NCBI GenBank assembly: GCA_964594005.1
Contig: CAZQKP010000002.1
Span: 1 to 33,274, forward strand
From: an uncultured Candidatus Saccharibacteria bacterium
GTDB taxonomy: Bacteria > Patescibacteriota > Minisyncoccia > Phycocordibacterales > DATDWN01
Length of the DNA: 33,274 bases
Direction: 5' to 3'
Each line of letters starts with the position of its first letter. The stretch's first letter is position 1. Positions 1 through 7,215 of this stretch are shown here, piece by piece. The notes under the pieces were generated by a model, which saw only the letters and a program-made list of their open reading frames with translations, was not told the origin of the DNA and searched no databases. The translations under genes and the position numbers were made by a program.

Positions 1-486
1 ATATGCTCATCGAGAGTAATGAGTGCTACTAAGCTTGAAGGAGAAGTTCTAAATCATATCAAAAACTTATACTCTCACCCAAAAGTTCAAGATAAAATAA
101 TTTATGATCAGAAAGATCAGGATTTAGCTGATAATGAGAAAGATATTCAAAGACTAAATCGAGAAATAGCATCTATGCCTGAGAAAAAGAAGAGGCACGA
201 ACAAGCTTTTGAGAGAGGTATTGAAACTCTAGAACAATATCAATTTAATCTAGATAGATTAGAGAAAGAATTCAAAAGAAACCATAAGGAGAGGAACGAT
301 TTACTTTCTATATGTTCCCTAACCACACAGAAATCTGATATTTTAGCTAAATTGGTTAATTCAATGCATGACTTCGATAACTTCTGGGGAGCTTTAGAGT
401 TCCATGAAAAGAAGCTAATCCTTCGGTCAATTATCAAAGAAATTAGAGCTGGTGAGGGAAAGGTGGAAATCGATTTTATCTTGTAA
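1..486 (+). CDS. Large serine recombinase, C-terminal part (5' end lies outside the window)
   Basis: Frame 1 is open from base 1 (ICSSRV precedes the tracked ATG at 19). The K/E-rich coiled-coil segment and the C-terminal tail ...KKLILRSIIKEIRAGEGKVEIDF resemble the region after the zinc ribbon of large serine recombinases. The catalytic domain is not in the window. Confidence 0.6.
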   Translation: MCSSRVMSATKLEGEVLNHIKNLYSHPKVQDKIIYDQKDQDLADNEKDIQRLNREIASMPEKKKRHEQAFERGIETLEQYQFNLDRLEKEFKRNHKERNDLLSICSLTTQKSDILAKLVNSMHDFDNFWGALEFHEKKLILRSIIKEIRAGEGKVEIDFIL

Positions 487-518
487 ACAAAGGCATTCTA
501 CGGGCTTACAGGCGTTAC

Positions 519-558
519 AAAAGAGCTACTCCAGTTAGGAATAGCTCTTTTGTTTTGT
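519..558. terminator. Bidirectional intrinsic terminator between the convergent recombinase gene and secA
   Basis: Perfect 10-bp stem AAAAGAGCTA (519-528) / TAGCTCTTTT (542-551), followed by GTTTTGTGT. It lies in the 74-nt gap between two convergent stop codons. Confidence 0.6.
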
Positions 559-560
559 GT

Positions 561-3077
561 TTATTTCTTCTCGTTCATTAATCGGTTATGTTCATCTGTC
601 CCAATTAACCCACAGTTTTTGTATTTTTTACCGGAACCGCAAGGACAAGGGTCATTGCGACCGATCTTTTCGCCTGATTCATTTTTGGGCGCAGGCTTAG
701 CCTGAGATGGGTTACTTTCCCCAAGATTAAAGACATTTTCTCTGCCTTCGGTTAGCTTTATTTGTTCATTGTATAGTTTTATGTTTGGTACAATCTGTGG
801 AATTAACTTTATGATTTCTTGATTAATTGAAATTTCCATTTCTTTAAACAAACGTAGGCCCTCTTTTTTATATTCCACTAATGGATCTCTTTGGCCATAA
901 GCCCGCAAATTGACCGAAGATCTCATGTAATCCATAACCTCCAAGTGTTCCACCCAAAACATATCTGTGGCTTGTAGAATTACTCTTCTAAGTGTTTCGA
1001 AATAAGCTTCGTCCGCTTTTTTCAGTTTTTCTTCTATGATTTCTCTATCTTTGTCAGTTGCTTCCGAAAGGAGATCCTCGATATATCTTTTAACTTCCTC
1101 GTTACTCCCGGTTAATACGGTTTTTCTCCTTTCATACATTACTTTGCGTTGAAAATTTAAGACATCATCAAATTCCAAAACATGTTTGCGGGCATCAAAG
1201 TTAAACCCCTCTATCTTTTCCTGAGCACTTTCTAACGCATTAGTAATCATTCTATTTTGAATTGGCTCATCTTCTTTAATTCCCAGTTTACCCATCATAT
1301 TTTTGATAGAATCTCCACCGAAGACTCGCATAAGGTGGTCATCCAAGGAAACAAAAAACTGAGTCCCGCCGGGATCGCCTTGGCGGCCCGATCTACCACG
1401 AAGCTGATTGTCTATTCGGCGTGCATCATGTCTCTCTGTGCCCAAAACAAATAATCCGCCCGAGGACTTAACTTTTTCATAAGTTTCGGAGGTACCGGGA
1501 TTGCCGCCTATTTTTATATCTACACCTCTACCAGCCATATTTGTTGCAATAGTAACAGCTCCGGGTCTACCGGCTTGCGCAATAATTTCTCCTTCACGAG
1601 TGTGATTTTTGGCATTTAAAATTTCGTGGGGAATACCTTCCGCTTTTAAATACTGAGAAAGCATTTCATTTTTTTCAATGGAGACCGTGCCAATCAAAAC
1701 CGGCTGACCATTCATATATCTATTCTTTACTTCTTTGGAGATTGCCTTGTATTTACCAGCCTCAGTTTGGAAAATCATATCGTTGTCGTCGATTCTAGCT
1801 ACTGTCTTATTAGTTGGGACGGAAATTACATTCAAACCATAAACTTTGTAAAATTCTTCTTTGGAAGTCATCGCAGTACCTGTCATGCCTGAAAGTTTTT
1901 TATAAAGTCTGAAATAATTTTGGAAAGTAACTGAAGCAAATGTTTTAGATTCTTTTTGAATTGGTAAATGCTCCTTGGCTTCAATGGCCTGATGTAAGCC
2001 CTCCGACCATCGCCTACCAGGCTGAAGTCTCCCCGTAAATTCATCCACAATTACCACCTCTTCATCCTTAACAACATAATCTTTATCTTTCTTAAATAGC
2101 GCCTCTGCCCTCACCGCAGTTTCGAGATGATGTACATATTTAATACCTTTTTCGGTATAAATATTTTCAATACCTAAAAGCTCTTCTGCTTTGCTTATGC
2201 CCGAATCAGTTAAAGCAATGGATCTAAATTTTTCATCAATTGTGTAGTGCTCTCCCGATTGGAGCTCACCTGCAATTTTGGCAAAGCGCACATAAAGCTC
2301 ATCCGATTCAGTAGTCGGAGCGGAAATAATAAGAGGCGTACGTGCTTCATCTATTAATATAGAGTCAATTTCATCTACTATTGCATAATTCAATTCTCTT
2401 TGACGCAACTTACCTCGCTCATACTCAATATTATCCCGCAAATAATCAAAACCAAACTCATTGTTTGTCCCATAAGTTATATCAGCAAGATATGCTTCTT
2501 TTCTAGTGACTGGGCGTAGAAATTCACTGTAAACCTTAAATGTGCCGGTTTCATCTCTTTTTTTATCTAATTCGGTGTGGGTGGGATCATACAGAAATGA
2601 TTCGTCGTGATTTATAGCTCCGACAGAAAGGCCAAGAAAGTTATAAATTTGACCCATTAGAACCGCATGAAGCCGGGAAAGATAATCATTTACCGTAATC
2701 AAATGTACACCCTTGCCTTCTAGCGCATTTAAATAAATTGGCAAAGTTGCAACCAGAGTCTTGCCTTCCCCAGTTCTCATTTCTGCAATACCACCTTGAT
2801 GCATAATAATTCCGCCTAAAATCTGGACATCAAAATGCCTCTCCTCCAAAGTCCTTTTGGCAGCCTCGCGAACCAAGGCAAATGCCTCCGGTAAAATATC
2901 ATCCAGAGTTTCACCTTTATTTAACCTTACCCTGAATTCATCCGTCTTTGCTTTTAATTCTTCATCTTTAAGCAAGGCAAGACCACTCTCGAGAGAGTTT
3001 ATTTTTTCTAAGATTGGCTCGAGTTCTTGGAGTCTTTTGCTTGACTCGTCACCAAATATTTTGCCTAAAATTGACAT
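561..3077 (-). CDS. secA: Preprotein translocase ATPase SecA
   Basis: 838 aa. N-terminus MSILGKIFGD..SKR, Walker/DEAD-like VDEIDSILIDEARTPLIIS, motor-domain motifs GTERHDARRIDNQLRGRSGRQGDPG, and the C-terminal zinc-binding tail CPCGSGKKYKNCG. Confidence 0.97.
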   Translation of the reverse strand: MSILGKIFGDESSKRLQELEPILEKINSLESGLALLKDEELKAKTDEFRVRLNKGETLDDILPEAFALVREAAKRTLEERHFDVQILGGIIMHQGGIAEMRTGEGKTLVATLPIYLNALEGKGVHLITVNDYLSRLHAVLMGQIYNFLGLSVGAINHDESFLYDPTHTELDKKRDETGTFKVYSEFLRPVTRKEAYLADITYGTNNEFGFDYLRDNIEYERGKLRQRELNYAIVDEIDSILIDEARTPLIISAPTTESDELYVRFAKIAGELQSGEHYTIDEKFRSIALTDSGISKAEELLGIENIYTEKGIKYVHHLETAVRAEALFKKDKDYVVKDEEVVIVDEFTGRLQPGRRWSEGLHQAIEAKEHLPIQKESKTFASVTFQNYFRLYKKLSGMTGTAMTSKEEFYKVYGLNVISVPTNKTVARIDDNDMIFQTEAGKYKAISKEVKNRYMNGQPVLIGTVSIEKNEMLSQYLKAEGIPHEILNAKNHTREGEIIAQAGRPGAVTIATNMAGRGVDIKIGGNPGTSETYEKVKSSGGLFVLGTERHDARRIDNQLRGRSGRQGDPGGTQFFVSLDDHLMRVFGGDSIKNMMGKLGIKEDEPIQNRMITNALESAQEKIEGFNFDARKHVLEFDDVLNFQRKVMYERRKTVLTGSNEEVKRYIEDLLSEATDKDREIIEEKLKKADEAYFETLRRVILQATDMFWVEHLEVMDYMRSSVNLRAYGQRDPLVEYKKEGLRLFKEMEISINQEIIKLIPQIVPNIKLYNEQIKLTEGRENVFNLGESNPSQAKPAPKNESGEKIGRNDPCPCGSGKKYKNCGLIGTDEHNRLMNEKK

Positions 3078-3087
3078 GACAAGAGCG

Positions 3088-3096
3088 ATTATACCA
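3088..3096 (-). promoter_or_regulatory. Extended -10 promoter element (TGgTATAAT) for secA
   Basis: The minus strand reads ...tgTGGTATAATcgctcttgtcATG. The hexamer ends 10 nt before the secA ATG and there is no purine-rich SD in between. Confidence 0.4.
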
Positions 3097-3377
3097 CAAA
3101 AAACAAAAACCCATAAAAATGAGTTTTTGAAATCCTTGTATGATTTTTTAAAGAAATTATCTTCTTCTTTTCTTTGCTTTCTTCTTAGAAGATTTTTTCT
3201 TTGCCATCTTTTTCATTTTCTTTTTCATTGGAGTTTAGCTCAAAAAATTAATTGTAAAGGCTTCTCCGACCACAACTTAATTATAGAAACAGGAAAAAAT
3301 AATTAAATAGTTTTTGAAACAAAAGTGTGGATAACTCAAAAAATAATTTTGCTAAATTTTTTTAAGTCTTCTTGCGT

Positions 3378-3449
3378 TGACAAATGGTGAGCGGAGCGAG
3401 CTCCAACAAATATCAATTTTTGTGAGTGCATACCGCTCACCATTTGTTA
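3378..3449. other. Long stem-loop (15 bp perfect, about 17 bp with one G-T pair; 38-nt loop), function unknown
   Basis: ACAAATGGTGAGCGG (3380-3394) is the exact reverse complement of CCGCTCACCATTTGT (3433-3447). It lies in non-coding DNA. Confidence 0.5.
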
Positions 3450-3483
3450 AAACAATTCTGACTAAATAATACTCCAAATTTAA

Positions 3484-3603
3484 GACAAACAAAACAGAGC
3501 TAGGTGCTAAGCGCAGGAGATTTTGGGGGTAAGCCTTATATGTAATGGGGTGAACGAACAAAATCGAGGTACAACAAACGCAGATGGTTTTGTTTTGTTT
3601 GTC
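3484..3603. ncRNA. Candidate structured RNA of about 120 nt (closing stem, internal bubble, inner stem); family not recognised, strand unresolved
   Basis: GACAAACAAAACA (3484-3496) pairs perfectly with TGTTTTGTTTGTC (3591-3603), and the stem extends to ~19 bp if G-U pairs are allowed. An inner 7-bp stem is GATTTTG (3519-3525) / CAAAATC (3559-3565). The unpaired 16-nt and 19-nt strands lie between the two stems. Confidence 0.3.
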
Positions 3604-3610
3604 TATAAAC

Positions 3611-3638
3611 ACAAAGGCCTGCAAAAGCAGGCCTTTGT
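3611..3638 (-). terminator. Intrinsic terminator hairpin downstream of the O-antigen-ligase-like gene
   Basis: Perfect 12-bp stem ACAAAGGCCTGC / GCAGGCCTTTGT with an AAAA loop. On the minus strand it is followed by GTTTAT, and it lies ~85 nt after the stop at 3724. The T-tract is weak. Confidence 0.5.
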
Positions 3639-3723
3639 GCGATATTGTTAAGAACTTGTAACATTATTGCAAAGCAATCCTGTTTAAGCACTCACAGGAT
3701 AACTATAACATAGATTAGCCAAA

Positions 3724-5904
3724 TTAGCTATTTTGAATTTGTTTTATGTAAGCCTCACCTTGAGCTTTAAAATCAGGATTATCCGCAATAATTCCCCTAA
3801 TAACTTCTATAGCTTTTTGTTTTTGACCAACAGTTGCGTAAGCAGAAGCTAAGGTAAGCCTGGTTTGAACATCTTTTGGATTTTTTGCTAAGCGAGCATT
3901 AATAATGGCGAAAACATTATTATAATCTCCCATATCCGCATAAGCCTTGAGAAATCTGTCATCATTAACAATTGTGTCTTGATTTATTTTGCCCGAGAGA
4001 TCTAGCAAGGCCGCAGCATTTCTAGAATAGATAGCGCCCAGAGCATATATAACCTGAGACTCGGTAGCGGCAGTATCTAGCTCGTATGCCTGTTTAAATA
4101 GATCGAAGGCTTTGGCCACATCTTTTTTACCTAAATATGAAGTACCCAATTCAAAAAAGATAGTTTGTTTCTTGGGAGATTCCTCTAATGCTCTGGTTAA
4201 ATAATTAATCGCGTCATCATATTGACTGAAGCGATTAAAGAAGCTGCCGGCGAAAACTAAATACCGAGCATCATGAGGAGTTTGATTTACTTTCTCAACA
4301 ATTTTATCTTTGGCCAAATTGTAAAACTCTTGTTTAACAGTATCTGGTGAATTAGAACCGAGAACTTGGGCTGCAGTTTGAACAAGTTGTTCCACTGCCT
4401 CACTGTTACCAAAAGAATTGTAATCAAATACTTGTTTAAATAAGCTGAGATTTTTCTCCAGATCACCTTGGGGGCTAATGGACTGGATCAGAGTTTCATT
4501 GGCGGAAATAGCAGGCACATTTACAAAATAAACGATCAACACCGTGCAAATAACAGTAACGGGCAAAACAACATAATTAATTACATCTTTGGAAAAAGAC
4601 GTCGTGTTAAATTTACTTACCCCAGCCCTACCTTCTACCGTGACTGCATGAACAAAAGCTAGTACAGCAAAAAATAGAACGTAGCTAGTAAGATTGTCAA
4701 AAACAAAGATGTTGTGAAAAACATAAGCCGCAATCATACCGGTAAGCAAACTTTTTTGGGAAAGCGAAAATGTACTCTCCTTTCGCCAGATGTAATAAAG
4801 CAATGCAAGGTAAATACTAAAGTAAGCTAAAAAGCCAATTAAACCTCCAGCAATAAGCCAATCTAGGAAAATATCGTGGGTACGATCAAACCATTGCTCC
4901 TGACCATACATCCGCGGGTCATAATATTTATTAAATACAAAATTAAAACTCTCTTGCCCCCAACCAACTAAAACCGTTTTGGGACTTTGAATAAAACCTT
5001 TTATCGCCATAGGCCAAACATAGTATCGTCCCTGACCTTTTATTTCTGCGAGACCAATGGAAGAGAATCTAGACAAAACCAAACTATTTTTAACAAAGTT
5101 GGTATTTTTAATTGCCAAGAAACCTCCAACGAGTAGAAAAATCGCAACTAGTGCAGAAACTGCAACTTTTTTTAACTTTTTGTTTTGTCTCTCCCTAAAT
5201 CCAACGATTAAACCAAATAAAACTAAACCACCAATTAAACCCAAGATTGCTCCTCGAGTTGCTGTGTAATAAAGAACGATTGAATTTAAAATAGCGGCCA
5301 AAGAATACAACCATTTTTGCCAAGGCTTGCTGGAAGTTGTAAACAAGTACAGACAAAGGAAAATATGAAAAACTAAATAAATTGCAAAATATGAAGCATT
5401 CCCAAAAGTTGCGTCCACCCGATCCCCGCCTTGGTTAATTACTAATTTGCCACCTATTTGAAGCAAGCCATAGATAGAGGTTATAACCGATACAGCGATT
5501 GAAACATTAAAATAACGGTGCCACCATTCTTTGGTATTTAGAACAGAAGAGGCGACCAAATAATAGAGGAGCAAATGCGCTAAGAGCACGTAGCCTTCCA
5601 TTCTTTCAAAATTACTCCAAAAGCTCTTGTAAGGATTGGCGCTGAAAATATCTGCAATTAACATCGCTCCCATAAACAAAAGAATACATCTTGTGACCCA
5701 AGTATCTTTTGGCCTAAATTGGGGCGCAAGAAAAGCTAATACAACATAAATACCAAAAACGATTTCAATTAATATCCTGAAGGTAAACCCCTTTCCAGTA
5801 ATGAAAGGAAAGAACATCGTCTGTGGCACAATAAACGGAATGAAAAGAACACCAAATAAACCCAAAATAATCGTATATTTTAGAAAATTTTCCAGCGTTT
5901 TCAT
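3724..5904 (-). CDS. O-antigen ligase/polymerase-like (Wzy_C-type) multi-pass membrane domain fused to C-terminal TPR repeats
   Basis: 726 aa. The N-terminal ~460 aa are polytopic, with the ligase-like segment YYTATRGAILGLIGGL. The C-terminal ~250 aa show TPR-like repeats (ALEESPKKQTIFFELGTSYLGKKDVAKAFDLFKQAYELD; LAKNPKDVQTRLTLASAYATVGQKQKAIEVIRGIIADNPD). Confidence 0.8.
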   Translation of the reverse strand: MKTLENFLKYTIILGLFGVLFIPFIVPQTMFFPFITGKGFTFRILIEIVFGIYVVLAFLAPQFRPKDTWVTRCILLFMGAMLIADIFSANPYKSFWSNFERMEGYVLLAHLLLYYLVASSVLNTKEWWHRYFNVSIAVSVITSIYGLLQIGGKLVINQGGDRVDATFGNASYFAIYLVFHIFLCLYLFTTSSKPWQKWLYSLAAILNSIVLYYTATRGAILGLIGGLVLFGLIVGFRERQNKKLKKVAVSALVAIFLLVGGFLAIKNTNFVKNSLVLSRFSSIGLAEIKGQGRYYVWPMAIKGFIQSPKTVLVGWGQESFNFVFNKYYDPRMYGQEQWFDRTHDIFLDWLIAGGLIGFLAYFSIYLALLYYIWRKESTFSLSQKSLLTGMIAAYVFHNIFVFDNLTSYVLFFAVLAFVHAVTVEGRAGVSKFNTTSFSKDVINYVVLPVTVICTVLIVYFVNVPAISANETLIQSISPQGDLEKNLSLFKQVFDYNSFGNSEAVEQLVQTAAQVLGSNSPDTVKQEFYNLAKDKIVEKVNQTPHDARYLVFAGSFFNRFSQYDDAINYLTRALEESPKKQTIFFELGTSYLGKKDVAKAFDLFKQAYELDTAATESQVIYALGAIYSRNAAALLDLSGKINQDTIVNDDRFLKAYADMGDYNNVFAIINARLAKNPKDVQTRLTLASAYATVGQKQKAIEVIRGIIADNPDFKAQGEAYIKQIQNS

Positions 5905-5911
5905 GGGTCAA

Positions 5912-5917
5912 AGTATA
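5912..5917 (-). promoter_or_regulatory. -10-like hexamer TATACT, 7 nt upstream of the ligase ATG
   Basis: The minus strand reads tgtTATACTttgacccATG. There is no SD in the spacer. Confidence 0.3.
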
Positions 5918-5962
5918 ACAAATGAGTTAAATATTAGCTAGTAAATAAGCCAAAATTGAAGT

Positions 5963-5968
5963 ATTATA
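5963..5968 (+). promoter_or_regulatory. -10-like hexamer TATTAT, 5 nt upstream of the likely wzx ATG (5974)
   Basis: The sequence reads gTATTATaccaaATG. There is no SD. The tracked TTG start at 5956 is probably upstream of the real start. Confidence 0.3.
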
Positions 5969-5973
5969 CCCAA

Positions 5974-6939
5974 ATGAAAGAAAGGGCTATTAGGCTCCTG
6001 CGGTGGAGTGAAAAATATACTAAAACTGACATGGTTTATCTAGCCCATGGCGGCTTTTGGCTTGGGCTTGCCCAGTTTGTTTCAACTCTCTCTACCTTTT
6101 TACTTTCCGTAGCTTTTGCCAATTTATTAAGTCCAGCCCTGTATGGTACTTATAAATTTATACTTTCTATTTATGCTCTCTTAATAATCACCACCCTCTC
6201 CGGCATGGATTCGGCGGTAACCCAAGCAGTTTCTCGTGGTTATGAAGGCACACTTAATTTAGGTTCCAAGAAAAAAATGCAGTGGGGCACATTGGGAGGG
6301 TTAATTGCTTTAAGTATTGCTTTTTATTATTACTTAAATGGCAATACTCAATTAACTGCCTTGTTTGCCATAACTGCTCTCTTTGTGCCTTTTGCAGAAA
6401 GTTTGGATATTTATAACTCATTTCTATTCGGTAAAAAACTTTTTAGTATCCAAAGTAAATATAACCTCATAAATATTTTAATTACTTTAGTGCTCACCAC
6501 TGGGGCAATTGTCTTAACTAAAAATATTTACTGGATTGTCTTTGCTTACTTCTTTTCAATCACTGTACCCAACATATTTTTTATTTGGTTAACTAATAAA
6601 TACTACAAAACAAACAACTCTGTAGACCAAGATACAATAAAATACGGCAAAAATTTAAGTGCCGTTAATATTATTAGTTTAATTTTCGCCCAACTAGATA
6701 AAGTCCTGGTTTTTCATTATGTAGGAGCAGTAGATTTGGCAGTTTACTCTTTGGCTACGGCACCAAATGATCAAATTAAGGGCCTCCTAAAAAACCTGAA
6801 CACATTGGCAATGCCTAAATATTCTGAAAGATCAGGAGCTGAAGTTAGAGAAAATATTTGGCATAGAATTTTTAAACTTACATTTTTTTTGGTAATTATT
6901 GTAACCGGCTACATAATATTGGTTCCATATTTTTTTTGA
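5974..6939 (+). CDS. Wzx/MOP-family polysaccharide flippase, N-terminal three quarters, ended by an in-frame TGA
   Basis: Polytopic protein with the typical organisation of 'polysaccharide biosynthesis protein' flippases. The likely start is ATG 5974 (MKERAIRLL...). The stop TGA is at 6937-6939. Confidence 0.75.
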   Translation: MKERAIRLLRWSEKYTKTDMVYLAHGGFWLGLAQFVSTLSTFLLSVAFANLLSPALYGTYKFILSIYALLIITTLSGMDSAVTQAVSRGYEGTLNLGSKKKMQWGTLGGLIALSIAFYYYLNGNTQLTALFAITALFVPFAESLDIYNSFLFGKKLFSIQSKYNLINILITLVLTTGAIVLTKNIYWIVFAYFFSITVPNIFFIWLTNKYYKTNNSVDQDTIKYGKNLSAVNIISLIFAQLDKVLVFHYVGAVDLAVYSLATAPNDQIKGLLKNLNTLAMPKYSERSGAEVRENIWHRIFKLTFFLVIIVTGYIILVPYFF

Positions 6940-7215
6940 ATCTTTTTCCCTAAATATTTAATATCTATAAAATACTCCCAAATACTTTCCATCTCTCTTA
7001 TCCCAGTAGTTATTTCTGGTTTTATTAACACAATACTTGAAGCCCAAAAAGCAACTAAGGAAATCTACCAGTATAATTTCTATAGCAATATGTTTGGAAT
7101 TATCATTCTTTTCCCACTTATCTATTATTACGGGATTTGGGGTGCAATTTATTCCCGAGTTATTACTAGATTTTTTGGCTTGGCCTTAGCTGGTGGGCTA
7201 GTTAAAAAAATCTAA
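6940..7215 (+). pseudogene. In-frame continuation of the Wzx flippase (the last ~91 codons), cut off by the TGA at 6937
   Basis: The same frame stays open from 6940 to TAA 7213-7215. It encodes hydrophobic flippase-like helices (IFFPKYLISIKYSQILSISLIPVVISGF...GIWGAIYSRVITRFFGLALAGGLVKKI). Confidence 0.6.

Noticed and set aside
3352-3624. 90-aa minus-strand ORF in the large intergenic gap, and the 149-aa plus-strand ORF 2857-3306
   Set aside because: The first runs straight through the long helices and has no protein-like features. The second is antisense to the secA start and to the CT-rich low-complexity tract.
3300-3720. Known housekeeping RNAs (tRNA, tmRNA, RNase P RNA, SRP/4.5S RNA) in the gap
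   Set aside because: I looked on both strands for a T-loop (GGTTCGAATCC-like), the RNase P P4 GGAAAGTCC, the SRP GGAA-tetraloop context and a plausible tmRNA tag frame ending in hydrophobic residues. None is present. Only a covariance-model scan could settle this.
6930-6937. A/T homopolymer runs (T8 at 6930-6937, A8 at 9561-9568, T8 at 12296-12303, T8 near 21542) as phase-variation switches in glycan genes
   Set aside because: Runs of 8 are common in DNA this AT-rich. At wzx the downstream frame is the same as the upstream frame, so slippage would break the gene rather than restore it.
5956-7215. Alternative genetic code (UGA as Gly or Trp, codes 25/4) as the explanation for the in-frame TGA in wzx
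   Set aside because: TGA terminates at least four host genes in ATGA overlaps and also the HD gene. No other gene in the window has an internal TGA, whereas genomes that recode UGA show many.
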